From an uncultured Candidatus Poseidoniales archaeon (GTDB lineage: Archaea; Thermoplasmatota; Poseidoniia; Poseidoniales; Thalassarchaeaceae), in the NCBI GenBank assembly GCA_902625325.1, contig CACOAW010000001.1:66537-130536 (forward strand): a stretch of 64,000 nucleotides of DNA, given 5' to 3'. Of the stretch, positions 37,446-46,987 are shown piece by piece; position 1 is the stretch's first letter; every line of letters starts with the position of its first letter. Both the position numbers and the translations under genes were made by a program. Under the pieces are notes generated by a model. That model had not been told where the DNA came from. It did no database searches and worked only from the letters and a program-made list of their open reading frames with translations.

Positions 37446-38348
37446 TCACTCCGTGAGTCGTGCTATCAGGTCTGCCTTCTTGCCGGAAACAGGCAAGCCT
37501 TCTTTCTTCAGCAGTTCTTTTAATTGTGTTACGGTCATAGACGCCAAATCTGCTCGTGCGTCTTCTGATGTATCCTCCTCCGTAGGAGAGTCTTCACCTT
37601 CGACTTGATCATCAGTCCTTACCTCATTAACCTCGGTCTCTGTTGGGTCAAGAGATTCTTTAGATTGGTCAAGGGATTCTTGAGTTTCCTTGGCTGCCTT
37701 CTCCTCAGCCTTAATTTCCTCCAGAGTTGGGCCGTCATCTACCACTACACCTTCCTGAATAAGCTGACTTCTCCTGAAGAATACCGCTCTTACTGGCTGA
37801 ATCTTGGAGATTGCTTTAGATACGCTCTCCTCTAACGAGCCGTTCATGATTGCCTTCTGAACATTAATCCAAGTAGACTGTGCGCAAAACTTCAGTACTA
37901 CGTCTCTGGCTACGCTGCGAGTCTCGCTCTTCTGGCTTGCTTTTACGGTAGATCTGGTTACGATAAATGGCTTAATTCGAACGAAGAAGCCGTCATCGGT
38001 AACCACATCTATTGTATCGTCTATCTTACCCCTATCTCTCCGGATTTGACGCCTGACAAAGTCCTTCATCACATCATGACCAATGAACTCGGTTATTGCG
38101 TCGTTGCCAACGACATCAGATATCCTAAACTTGAGTTTGACATGCATCTTGGTGAAGTCACCGTCAAGTTCGTTCTGCATTATCTCGTAGGGACGCCCTA
38201 CCAGTAAGGCCTCCTCCTCAGCGAGAGTTTCCCCTATCACCTTGAAGGACCATGGGTTCCTGGGAGCTCTTATCGAGTACCACCTCTTTGCCTTCCACTT
38301 ATCCTTTTGCCTGCGAGCCGCAGCTCTAGCAGATGCGCCTTTGGCCAT
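37446..38348 (-). CDS. rps3ae: 30S ribosomal protein eS1 (S3Ae) with C-terminal acidic linker and SAP-like domain
   Basis: KDKWKAKRWYSIRAPRNPWSFKVIGETLA... is the S3Ae core (about 200 aa). It is followed by about 60 acidic residues and a terminal MTVTQLKELLKKEGLPVSGKKADLIARLTE. Confidence 0.85.
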   Translation of the reverse strand: MAKGASARAAARRQKDKWKAKRWYSIRAPRNPWSFKVIGETLAEEEALLVGRPYEIMQNELDGDFTKMHVKLKFRISDVVGNDAITEFIGHDVMKDFVRRQIRRDRGKIDDTIDVVTDDGFFVRIKPFIVTRSTVKASQKSETRSVARDVVLKFCAQSTWINVQKAIMNGSLEESVSKAISKIQPVRAVFFRRSQLIQEGVVVDDGPTLEEIKAEEKAAKETQESLDQSKESLDPTETEVNEVRTDDQVEGEDSPTEEDTSEDARADLASMTVTQLKELLKKEGLPVSGKKADLIARLTE

Positions 38349-38440
38349 TGAAATGTCTCCATAATTCGGGGGCTGCCCCGTTTGCGAGCCGTGCGAACTA
38401 CAACCAGTATTTGAACGGAGTGCTACGAAATAATTCTTGA

Positions 38441-38911
38441 ATGGGTGGCATTCAAGACATGTTCCGGTTAGGCAAATGCATGAGTGTGCACCGAGGAGAG
38501 TGGCGAGTTCACGCTAGTGCCGTAGACGATATTCGGGTTATTGAGAACTCATTAGTATGGTTGTGTGGGGATGGAGTCAACATATCTACAGAAAAAGAAA
38601 AATCCAGCCTAGGGGCTCCTATGTACACAATCTCTGCAAGTATGAATGCGAAGCAATCTATGTTTTCACTGGGTAAATTGGAGAGAGATTCTATCGAGGG
38701 GATCTTAAACTCAGGGGTTGAATCTAGGATAGACGAAGACAAGTTCCTTCACTTGAGGATAGATTTGGCTGAACTATCTGGAGGGAAGGGAGTAGTAACT
38801 ACGGACAATGACACAATGGTTGCTAAGGGGAGGTTCAAGTTGGAGGTTTACCCAGGCCAATCGTCATATAAAGTAGCCACGAGTATTTTCGAAGGCCTCA
38901 TTTGTAAATGA
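38441..38911 (+). CDS. hypothetical protein, possibly archaeal RNA-binding protein (DUF54/COG1931-like)
   Basis: 156 aa. Weak resemblance by eye to the PH1010-type family (DDIRVIENSLVWL ... FLHLRIDLAELSGG). Not verified. Confidence 0.35.
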   Translation: MGGIQDMFRLGKCMSVHRGEWRVHASAVDDIRVIENSLVWLCGDGVNISTEKEKSSLGAPMYTISASMNAKQSMFSLGKLERDSIEGILNSGVESRIDEDKFLHLRIDLAELSGGKGVVTTDNDTMVAKGRFKLEVYPGQSSYKVATSIFEGLICK

Positions 38912-38953
38912 TGAAAGTATTCATATGCCGATAACTGACCTCATTCCCCCAAT

Positions 38954-39229
38954 ATGCCACACGTAGTTACAAGTGCCTGTGTTCGATGCAAGTATCAAGA
39001 CTGCGTCCATGTTTGCCCAGTAGAAGCCTTTAGGGAAGCCGAAGAATATCTCGTTATAGATCCCGATGAGTGCATAGACTGTGCGGCTTGTATTCCCGAG
39101 TGTCCAGCAGAGGCGATATATGCTGATACTGACCTACCAGATGAAGAACTGTCGTGGCTAGATAAAAACGAGGAGGAGGCCCCTAGCCTTCCCATCGCAG
39201 AGGGAGACTCTCCTGTTCTAGCCGACTAG
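38954..39229 (+). CDS. fdxA: 7Fe-type ferredoxin ([3Fe-4S][4Fe-4S])
   Basis: [14 protein letters not shown] and [12 protein letters not shown] cluster motifs. 91 aa. Confidence 0.85.
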   Translation: MPHVVTSACVRCKYQDCVHVCPVEAFREAEEYLVIDPDECIDCAACIPECPAEAIYADTDLPDEELSWLDKNEEEAPSLPIAEGDSPVLAD

Positions 39230-39280
39230 TAGTCACGGGCCAGAACATAAGTTCTTGAGTATCGACTGAGAGGGGAGTCC

Positions 39281-40270
39281 ATGAAGAAGAGGATTGATTT
39301 GGGCGAAATGAGGCACGGTACGGAGCTCCTCAAGAGAGGTTTCGCAAAGATGCAAGAGGGAGGAGTCGTAATGGATGTAGCCACGGTAGAACAGGCTCAT
39401 GTTGCAGAGGACTCGGGAGCAGTCTCTGTGATGGCATTGGAAAGAGTCCCTGCAGATATCCGTTCTGCGGGTGGAGTTGCGAGGATGAGTCACCCTCAAT
39501 TGATAAAAGAAATCATGGAGACTACTAGCATACCAGTCATGGCAAAGGCCAGAATTGGACATGTTGAAGAGGCAAGAGTGCTAGAGTCCTTGGGTGTCGA
39601 CATGATTGATGAATCTGAGGTTTTGACTCCGGCTGATCCTTTCTACCATATCGCAAAGAACGATTTCACGATACCTTTTGTCTGTGGTTGTACCAGTCTA
39701 GGTGAGGCAGTAAGGAGGATTGCGGAGGGTGCGGCAATGATCAGAACCAAGGGAGAAGCGGGCACAGGAAACGTAGTCAGTGCGGTTAAGCATGCTAGAT
39801 TGCTCGAGGCGGAAATTGAGGCCTCCAGAAATGCTGATTCAGATTCAAAAGCAGATATTGTCGAGAAGATTCTCGGAGGCTACAGGAGGTTGGAAGAAAA
39901 CTCCGAGATTGCTGGAAAAGTGGTGAAGACTCCCTTCGGAGATATTGAATCCATTAGAAGCAATCTTGCGAGCGTTCTCGAAGAGGTAATTGATCTCGAT
40001 AGGCTGCCTGTGGTAACTTTCTCTGCTGGAGGTATTGCAACACCATCGGATGCGGCCCTGATGATGAGTCATGGTATGGATGGTGTTTTCGTCGGATCTG
40101 GTATCTTCAAGAGCTCTGACCCTGCAAGAACCGCGGAAGCGATAGTTCTAGCAACTCATCATTTCGAAGATTCGCAAGTAGTTGCAGAGGCTTCTGAAAT
40201 GGTGGGAGAAGCAATGCCCGGACTAGAAATAGAAACTCTAGAGGTAAAGCTCGACGAACGCGGATGGTGA
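39281..40270 (+). CDS. pdxS: pyridoxal 5'-phosphate synthase subunit PdxS
   Basis: [45 protein letters not shown] and FVGSGIFKS. No pdxT gene is adjacent. Confidence 0.9.
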   Translation: MKKRIDLGEMRHGTELLKRGFAKMQEGGVVMDVATVEQAHVAEDSGAVSVMALERVPADIRSAGGVARMSHPQLIKEIMETTSIPVMAKARIGHVEEARVLESLGVDMIDESEVLTPADPFYHIAKNDFTIPFVCGCTSLGEAVRRIAEGAAMIRTKGEAGTGNVVSAVKHARLLEAEIEASRNADSDSKADIVEKILGGYRRLEENSEIAGKVVKTPFGDIESIRSNLASVLEEVIDLDRLPVVTFSAGGIATPSDAALMMSHGMDGVFVGSGIFKSSDPARTAEAIVLATHHFEDSQVVAEASEMVGEAMPGLEIETLEVKLDERGW

Positions 40271-41260
40271 CTAGCGCTTTCCGCCACGTGAAGTTCCGAG
40301 TCTCCTAGATTTCCGCTTTGACGAAGATTTGCCTCCAACTTCTTGCGATTCACCCTCTCTAGACACTAGGCCTCCGAAAGTGACTGAGTTTCCTTCTAGA
40401 AGCATGTCAGCTAGGGAGTCTGCCAATTCTTCGTTCTGATCGGGCCCTCTTAACGCCTGCCTGACGGATTTGTTGTGATCTCGTACCATTTTCTCTCTCT
40501 GCTCGTGCTGTGAACGTAGCTCGTCCCTAATCTCGTTAACCTTGGATAGCATCTCTACAAGGGATGCATGAGTCTCGTCTGCCTTCCCTCTTTCATGAAC
40601 GAAAAGTGCATGCAACCTGTCTCCTTCGCCTCTGAGGAAGTCCCGCTCCTCGAGCAACGGCTTTATGTCATTCCAAATTTCGTCGGCTAAAGAATTCTGT
40701 TCGAGCATTAGTTTGTGTTCGTTATCTGCCTCAGCCCTCAGCCTCTGAATTGACTCGTCCATGTCATTCAAATCGATTGATATTATCCTCTGCTGTTCGA
40801 CATGTGGAATGAGCTCGTCCCTTCTAGAAATCAAAGACCTCAGCTTCTTAATCATCGAATTCTCTTTTTCCAAGGTCAACGCGCCGTCGGTCATGATTCT
40901 TTCCTCGATCCTCTCTATCTCGCCAACTGTCTCTGAGAGCTGAATGGCTACGGACTTTCCAGGACCTTGTTCCCTCGTACCCTTCTTCCTAGCGATGACC
41001 TCCCTGATACTCTGCTGAAACTCATCCCTACTGGCTTGGTGAAGCTTGGCCTGAGCCCTGACTTTCTTTTGTTCGTCCATCTTTGCGGATATTGTTTCGT
41101 GAACTTCCTTCCTCTTCTCGTGAGCTGAGTTCCTCTGGTCCGCAGCACTCCTGGCAGAATCGTTGTGTGCGTCTCTTTGGTTCCTAATTCTGCTAAGTTT
41201 TGATTCCATGGCATGGAGCCTTGTCCTTAGGTCTTCAGAACCCTTATCGTCATGCTCCAT
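40271..41260 (-). CDS. archaeal coiled-coil protein (COG1340-like), paralog 4, RGG-like basic tail
   Basis: 329 aa of heptad-rich helix (IRNQRDAHNDSARSAADQRNSAHEKRKE...). Central motif IERIEERIMTDGALTLEKENSMIKKLRSL. Tail SSKRKSRRLGTSRGGKR. Confidence 0.6.
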   Translation of the reverse strand: MEHDDKGSEDLRTRLHAMESKLSRIRNQRDAHNDSARSAADQRNSAHEKRKEVHETISAKMDEQKKVRAQAKLHQASRDEFQQSIREVIARKKGTREQGPGKSVAIQLSETVGEIERIEERIMTDGALTLEKENSMIKKLRSLISRRDELIPHVEQQRIISIDLNDMDESIQRLRAEADNEHKLMLEQNSLADEIWNDIKPLLEERDFLRGEGDRLHALFVHERGKADETHASLVEMLSKVNEIRDELRSQHEQREKMVRDHNKSVRQALRGPDQNEELADSLADMLLEGNSVTFGGLVSREGESQEVGGKSSSKRKSRRLGTSRGGKR

Positions 41261-41294
41261 GCAATTCGGACTAGTTTCCCCTTATTGAAGAGAC

Positions 41295-42881
41295 CTAAAG
41301 ACCGAATAATCTCGCTGCGAAAGGAAGAATGGGAGAAATAACCGCTAGAGCAGCACCAAACATGAATACTGCTCCTGTAGTCATTCTCAATCTTGTGAAT
41401 AAGTCAGAGCGAACCTGGGATGTCAGTACCTTTCCGGAGATTAGATTTCCTGATGAGTCCTCAAGCCTTACAGTGACAGTGGCATCTCCCATAGAAGAAG
41501 GGATCAGAGTTTGCCAGACAATCCTGGACTTTGACATAGAGGAAGATATTCTATGATATTCCGGTTTACCCTTTTGTGGTTCTTTTTGGGGTTCAGACCT
41601 CAGTTTGTAGACGCACTCGTTGGGCCTGAAATCAGGGGTCTGGACACGAAGAATGAGGTCTTGCACATCGTTGGTGTGATTGAGGACGTAGGCGAAAAGA
41701 TTAGCCTGCCCAAGGGTTAGATTCTCCATGTCAACGTCGAACCAAATACCTCCATTTGAAGGGCTTCCAAGATGCATGCGCATTCTGTCATTAAGTCTGA
41801 AGAAAGGCGCACACCGCTCCCTTGCGTGCATAAGTAAGCGGTCGAGGGTCTCTTCACCTAATTCTTCATGATTGATAATTTGATCTATCGTCCTAGAATC
41901 AACCAATTCTGAAAGTGCGAGATGGAACTCATCCTCTTCGATGAGTCCAGACCGATACATGTCTAAAATCAGGAGAAGGTACTCCTGTAAATCGGAGATA
42001 TTCACGCCCTTCTTAAGGTCTGAATTGAAAGAAGATACATACTTCGAGAACCTGACAGCCAAAACGGGGTCGACATGAGCCCTAATTACGTCCGTGAAAG
42101 GTCTGTTTAGCAATGCTGGGTGCATTGGGGGGGAGAATGCTTCCAGAAGACCCCAGGGCTCTACCGTGTTGAACCTTGGTCGATTGGAAACCATGTATAC
42201 GCTATGGCCGGAAAGTAATGCCCCGGTGGACAACGCGATTAGAACCGGTATCCCATCGGTTTCTGATGGGAACAATAACGCAAGTCCGAGCATGATCGTG
42301 GATAGTGTCATCAGTGTCGTAGTGAGATTAAGTTGGTTTGAAGCTCCGTCAATGACTGCTTTCATCTCGCTATAGCCGTGTGCGCTACGGAAAGTAATGC
42401 CAGTAGAGACTATTTCATTCGTCTCAATTTGGAAAATCCTCTTTGTGACCCATAGCAAGTAGTGCAAGACGAATAACAGAAGTAGGTCTGCCACCATAAG
42501 AGCAAGAGAGAAAAGGTATACCGATTTTGAAAATGATAAGTCTAGGAATAGTTCTCGTACCCCGCCTTGCCACCAATCAGGATCGGAGCTCCGATAAGAC
42601 TGAGCCAATCCAAACAACACTACAACAACGATTGGTAGGAATAGAATCAACCGAGCGCCGCGGCTAATTAGTAGGTCATCGATGCCGGCAAGTATAGCCT
42701 CTCTCCCCTTCAATGTAGACTTTTGATCAGATTCACTTGGATTTTCCTCGGATTTCGTAATCTCTTTGATATCAGGAGCCGGGGGAGCTTCTGACCGAAG
42801 TACAGACACCATCGAGTCTATGTCGCTCTCCAAGTCAGTAACGGCGGAGTTTTCTTCTTTCACTGACATTTTTTTAACCAC
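41295..42881 (-). CDS. hypothetical membrane protein (about 4 N-proximal TM, ~280-aa soluble region, C-terminal TM)
   Basis: TM segments LILFLPIVVVVLFGLAQ, LFSLALMVADLLLLFVLHYLLWV, LMTLSTIMLGLALLF, VLIALSTGALLSGHSVYMV and a C-terminal GAVFMFGAALAVISPILPF. It has a SHOCT-like stretch LLILDMYRSGLIEEDEFHLALSEL. The start overlaps the dtxR stop by 8 nt. Confidence 0.5.
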   Translation of the reverse strand: MVKKMSVKEENSAVTDLESDIDSMVSVLRSEAPPAPDIKEITKSEENPSESDQKSTLKGREAILAGIDDLLISRGARLILFLPIVVVVLFGLAQSYRSSDPDWWQGGVRELFLDLSFSKSVYLFSLALMVADLLLLFVLHYLLWVTKRIFQIETNEIVSTGITFRSAHGYSEMKAVIDGASNQLNLTTTLMTLSTIMLGLALLFPSETDGIPVLIALSTGALLSGHSVYMVSNRPRFNTVEPWGLLEAFSPPMHPALLNRPFTDVIRAHVDPVLAVRFSKYVSSFNSDLKKGVNISDLQEYLLLILDMYRSGLIEEDEFHLALSELVDSRTIDQIINHEELGEETLDRLLMHARERCAPFFRLNDRMRMHLGSPSNGGIWFDVDMENLTLGQANLFAYVLNHTNDVQDLILRVQTPDFRPNECVYKLRSEPQKEPQKGKPEYHRISSSMSKSRIVWQTLIPSSMGDATVTVRLEDSSGNLISGKVLTSQVRSDLFTRLRMTTGAVFMFGAALAVISPILPFAARLFGL

Positions 42882-43533
42882 CGAGAGAGTTTATTCTGGC
42901 TAGAATTCTCATAGAGAGGGAGTCGGAAATATTGAGGAGATTCCCATCGCAAGTCCTTGAGTCAACAAATGTTTCGATAACCGATCCAATCGTTATTCCG
43001 CACTCTCTGATAGTTACTGCCTCGATCTCTGAAGAAATTATCAGCTCCACTGCAGCAGAAGAATGGACTGGAAGTTTGGAAAGAGGAAGAAGGGTGGATA
43101 TGCCTGTAATTTCGAATTCTCGCTCCACACTGGGTATTCTCTCCCCTTCACTCGAAAACTCCGGATACCCGAGTAGACGATCTAGAGTGGATTCAAGATC
43201 GGAGCCAATTGCGTGTTCCATCTTACATGCCACCCCATGGACATCTCCATCAAATCCGATTATATCAGTAAGAAGTATCTCCAGAAGGATTTCCCTCCTC
43301 TTTATCCTTGCAGCAAGTTGGAACCCAGAGGGCGTGAGCCTACATCCGCGATAGGGGATGTGTGTGACCATGTCTCGGCTCGAGAGGCGTTGTATCATTT
43401 CAGTCACTGATGCTGCGCTGACTCCCTTGATGTCTGCAAGTTGAGTGGTCTTTACGATGGCAGCGGGATTATCCGCGTGTATCTCGAACATAGTCTTCAG
43501 ATACATCTCCTCTATTTCACTAAAATCAGACAT
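42874..43533 (-). CDS. DtxR/MntR-family metal-dependent transcriptional regulator with FeoA/SH3-like C-terminal domain
   Basis: EMYLKTMFEI, winged HTH TTQLADIKGVSAASVTEMIQRLSSRDMV, dimerisation/metal region RREILLEILLTDIIGFDGDVHGVACKMEHAIG, and a C-terminal FeoA-like segment. Confidence 0.8.
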   Translation of the reverse strand: MSDFSEIEEMYLKTMFEIHADNPAAIVKTTQLADIKGVSAASVTEMIQRLSSRDMVTHIPYRGCRLTPSGFQLAARIKRREILLEILLTDIIGFDGDVHGVACKMEHAIGSDLESTLDRLLGYPEFSSEGERIPSVEREFEITGISTLLPLSKLPVHSSAAVELIISSEIEAVTIRECGITIGSVIETFVDSRTCDGNLLNISDSLSMRILARINSLGG

Positions 43534-43534
43534 T

Positions 43535-45085
43535 CTACACCTCCTCTGCTTCGGCCATGAACTGAGTCTTACAAACCGGGCATCTAGACATTACCGGTCT
43601 CTTCTCAATCTGTACCCTGAGGGCTTGATCGCATGTTGGACAATGGAGTATATCATCAGAAGATTTCACCACGTTGAGTTTTTCTGGTTCCACATTTGAC
43701 TCAACTGGCCCTCCAACCATGAATTCCATGGAGCACGATGGACACCTGACCCCCCCTACGTGGTCATTCGGAACCATAAGTCTCTGATCGCAGAAGCTAC
43801 ACTCAATCTCTCTCTTTTCAATTCTTAGTTGACTGCTCTGTGACTCTTTTGCATCCCTTAGACGTAGATTGGAGGTAGTTGGAGTCCGAGAGGAGACAGC
43901 TCTCCAAGAGAAAGTCCCGACAAGTATGATGAGAATGCCCGCGAGAATCCCATATCCTGCCGCAAAAATATCGAATGGTAGCCCGAGTCCTTGGGCGTCG
44001 ATTTTTGGCTCGATTGAATAGATTCGCGTCGAGATAACGCCGTTTGATGACCATTGAACTTCCACGTCCACGTTATCATGCTCAATCCATTCAGAGATTG
44101 ACATCTCTGTAGTCACAATTGATCCAGGCATCAAAGATGGGACTGTAGATTCAGCGAGAATCGTTCTCTCTGAGGACGATATCAGTCGCAATATCCCTGA
44201 TTGAGTGTTATGGTCATCGTCATTACTAAGTGTAACTGTAACCAAAACTCGATTCCCGGGTGAGGGATTTTCTGGATTGAAAATAGCTTCCAATTTGATG
44301 GATGATGGATCGATGTGGGGAGCAGCAACAGTTTCTGTTGTAATGTTCTGAGAAAAAATAGATGACGTCCATTGTACAGGAATTGCCTGAATAGTAATCT
44401 CTGTGGTTTCTGGATTTCCTAAGTGTAAATCTATCAGTCTGCGTCCAGGGTTTGCTTCAAGGAGGATTTCCTGTAAATTCTCATTTACCCCGGCCACTTC
44501 AGAAGATACGGCTAGTATAATTGGACGCGCCTTTCCCTCAGATAGGAAGACTGAAACGTCAACTTCAAGGCCTTTAGATGCAGACCAGGAAATTGAGTCT
44601 GTAGTTAGATTGAGAGTCTGACTATTTGAGACCTCAATAGACAGGTTCCCTTCCAAGTCAGTGGGCCCTGATTGCCCCAAGACTGACAGTTGCCAATTGA
44701 ATTCGTTGGTTCCGGGAAGATCCAGTATGAAGCTGGTAGGAACCTCTCTGGTTGAGCCGGGGGAAATGGAAATATATTCTCCCTGAAATATTTGTTCACT
44801 ATCGGAATGTTTGATTTGAAGAGATACAGAACCGCTGGAGTTGCCTTTATTGGTTACCATCAATGAGGCAATGAGCGCATCTCCGACATAGGCAGGCTCA
44901 CCTGAGATCACTATGCTGGAATCACCTGATGAAGTGAAATTGGTTGAGTTACTAGGACTGTCAGATCGCATTTCTGAGTTTATGTCATCAAGAATATCTG
45001 ATTCAGAGGAATTGTGAACGATGAGAATTTGAAGAAGAATGACCATGACAGGAATGAGGATTTTGTTCCTCGATGTCCCTTTCAT
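43535..45085 (-). CDS. single-pass membrane protein: signal/anchor, CARDB-like Ig-fold ectodomains, TM, two cytoplasmic MJ0042-like zinc ribbons
   Basis: N-terminal ILIPVMVILLQILIV. CARDB-like blocks (YVGDALIASLMVTNKGNSSGSVSLQI; SPGNRVLVTVTLSNDDD). TM FAAGYGILAGILIILVGTF. Tail CSFCDQRLMVPNDHVGGVRCPSCSMEF and CPTCDQALRVQIEKRPVMSRCPVCKTQF. The stop lies 1 nt from the dtxR start. Confidence 0.55.
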   Translation of the reverse strand: MKGTSRNKILIPVMVILLQILIVHNSSESDILDDINSEMRSDSPSNSTNFTSSGDSSIVISGEPAYVGDALIASLMVTNKGNSSGSVSLQIKHSDSEQIFQGEYISISPGSTREVPTSFILDLPGTNEFNWQLSVLGQSGPTDLEGNLSIEVSNSQTLNLTTDSISWSASKGLEVDVSVFLSEGKARPIILAVSSEVAGVNENLQEILLEANPGRRLIDLHLGNPETTEITIQAIPVQWTSSIFSQNITTETVAAPHIDPSSIKLEAIFNPENPSPGNRVLVTVTLSNDDDHNTQSGILRLISSSERTILAESTVPSLMPGSIVTTEMSISEWIEHDNVDVEVQWSSNGVISTRIYSIEPKIDAQGLGLPFDIFAAGYGILAGILIILVGTFSWRAVSSRTPTTSNLRLRDAKESQSSQLRIEKREIECSFCDQRLMVPNDHVGGVRCPSCSMEFMVGGPVESNVEPEKLNVVKSSDDILHCPTCDQALRVQIEKRPVMSRCPVCKTQFMAEAEEV

Positions 45086-45178
45086 GTATCACGGCTCGAA
45101 TGGGCATCGTATGAATCAAACGCTGAAAGACACTCTGGATAGTGCTATAATAGGGGCATTTGTTCCAATCGAACATAA

Positions 45179-46006
45179 ATGGACATTAGTGAACTGATGA
45201 GGGCGACTCCGGATGAAATTGCATCCGCCCTACTTAAGAGGAGAATGTTGCTCAAAGATAGCTTGCCGGGGGTAATTAGGAATCTTGAGGCTGAAGAAGA
45301 AATCCTATCCCCAAGGCTTGATAGAATGAAGAAATCGTTCGATGAAGCCAATGAAAAGGTCGCCAAATTCAAGGCCGAGAGGGACCGTTTTCAGACCAGC
45401 GCTGGCACTCTAATTCCCGATGTCAAACGAATAAGGGAAAAACTGAATGAGTCTGGGGGAATGATTAGTCTTGATCCTAAATGGAAGAAGATGATGCTGC
45501 TGGAACAAATTGAAGAGATTGAGAACAAGATTCAGACATCAGCGTTAGATCATAAATCCGAAAGGAAACTACTAGAGAAGAGAAGATCGTTAATTTCCGA
45601 AAACGATAAATGGATTAAAGATAGAAAGGAATCAAACCCGGAAATGTCCGAGTATCTGGAAAAGAATAAGGAGATGTCTAAATTATTCAAGAAGGCGGAT
45701 AGGTCACATTCTCAAATGATTGGTGCCGTTTCAAAGGCACAACCGCTCTATGAAAAGGTGACTAGTGCATCAGCAGAGATTAGAGAAATTAGGAGCCAAT
45801 TGGACCGTGCCAAGGAATTGCTCGACCAGAGCGATAAAGCAATTGAATATTGGGAGAAGAGGATAGAAAATGGATTTGGAGATTTGGGACCAGGTTTCAG
45901 AGACCTTCTCAAGGGGCAAAAAAACGTTGAATTGGGGGGCATTTCTTCTTTCGCAAAACGCTCTAGGAAATTGAAACAAACGAAATCGAGAGGTGAAGAG
46001 GAATGA
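45179..46006 (+). CDS. archaeal coiled-coil protein (COG1340-like), paralog 1
   Basis: 275 aa, helical and heptad-rich. Central motif LEQIEEIENKIQTSALDHKSERKLLEKRRSL. C-terminus ...VELGGISSFAKRSRKLKQTKSRGEEE. Confidence 0.6.
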   Translation: MDISELMRATPDEIASALLKRRMLLKDSLPGVIRNLEAEEEILSPRLDRMKKSFDEANEKVAKFKAERDRFQTSAGTLIPDVKRIREKLNESGGMISLDPKWKKMMLLEQIEEIENKIQTSALDHKSERKLLEKRRSLISENDKWIKDRKESNPEMSEYLEKNKEMSKLFKKADRSHSQMIGAVSKAQPLYEKVTSASAEIREIRSQLDRAKELLDQSDKAIEYWEKRIENGFGDLGPGFRDLLKGQKNVELGGISSFAKRSRKLKQTKSRGEEE

Positions 46007-46962
46007 ATGAGTCTGCAAAGGTTTACGAAAGTGATTTCCAGGACCTATCTGCAGATGAAATGGAAGCAATGATTGCTGATAAGAAGAGCACTTTGAGATT
46101 ATTGGATTCAGAGAAGAGGGATCTACAGACGGAAAGGAAAGAGCAAGTGCATATTGTAAAGGCGCTCAGATCTGCAGTGGTTGGAATAGAGAAATCGGGG
46201 TCTGGGAGAAAGAAGCTGCTGGGAGAGTTTCATTCCAAGAGAAAACAAGCCATGATTCACAGAGAAAAAAGGGATGAAATCAACGTAAGAATCCCTCCTC
46301 CTTCAAAAATTCTAGAGGAGTGGCTTGGCGAGACCTACCTCACATTGACGAAAATCGACAATGACCTGACTACAGTACCAATGTTGAATCCAGAACTATC
46401 GGCATTTAGCAGATTCTTCGAGATTCAGTCTTCAATCAAAAAGAAGAGAGAAGCAGAAAAATCTCATTCCGCATATATCTCCAAATTAAGTGAGATGCGA
46501 AAGATCTCTACCAAACTAGATCAAAACAAGGAAGAAATCGGCAAGGTAAAATCTAATTTAAACGAAAACGCCAAAATCGAAGTAGAGAAAATTAGTAGGA
46601 AGGACATACGCAAGGTCAGTAGAAGTATTTCCTCAATTGATGAGAGAATTGAGGCGATCAAAATAGAAAGAAATAGAGAAAGGGGTTTGTTGAAGAAGCT
46701 CCAGAAGCTTTCGAAGCTAACTGCGGTCAGAGGTTCCTCAAGCATAGATGATATTCGTGAAATTGCAGCAAAGGGAGGTTATCTTAGCTCTGAAGAGTTA
46801 GAGATGATACTAGAGACTGGTGGTTTTTCGTCAATCAATGAGACGAAGGATTCACATAAAGAAGCACCAAAACAGGGTCGATTACGTAAAAAAAGGACTA
46901 GGAAACTTGGTGTTGCTAGAAGAGGGGGCAGAAAGGGAAAGTCTGCCAGTCGTAGGGACTAG
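46003..46962 (+). CDS. archaeal coiled-coil protein (COG1340-like), paralog 2, RGG-like basic tail
   Basis: 319 aa. 4-nt ATGA overlap with paralog 1. ...AAKGGYLSSEELEMILETGGFSSI... Tail RLRKKRTRKLGVARRGGRKGKSASRRD. Confidence 0.6.
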   Translation: MNESAKVYESDFQDLSADEMEAMIADKKSTLRLLDSEKRDLQTERKEQVHIVKALRSAVVGIEKSGSGRKKLLGEFHSKRKQAMIHREKRDEINVRIPPPSKILEEWLGETYLTLTKIDNDLTTVPMLNPELSAFSRFFEIQSSIKKKREAEKSHSAYISKLSEMRKISTKLDQNKEEIGKVKSNLNENAKIEVEKISRKDIRKVSRSISSIDERIEAIKIERNRERGLLKKLQKLSKLTAVRGSSSIDDIREIAAKGGYLSSEELEMILETGGFSSINETKDSHKEAPKQGRLRKKRTRKLGVARRGGRKGKSASRRD

Positions 46963-46987
46963 AAGCAAAATAATCGGTATTGCTTAA

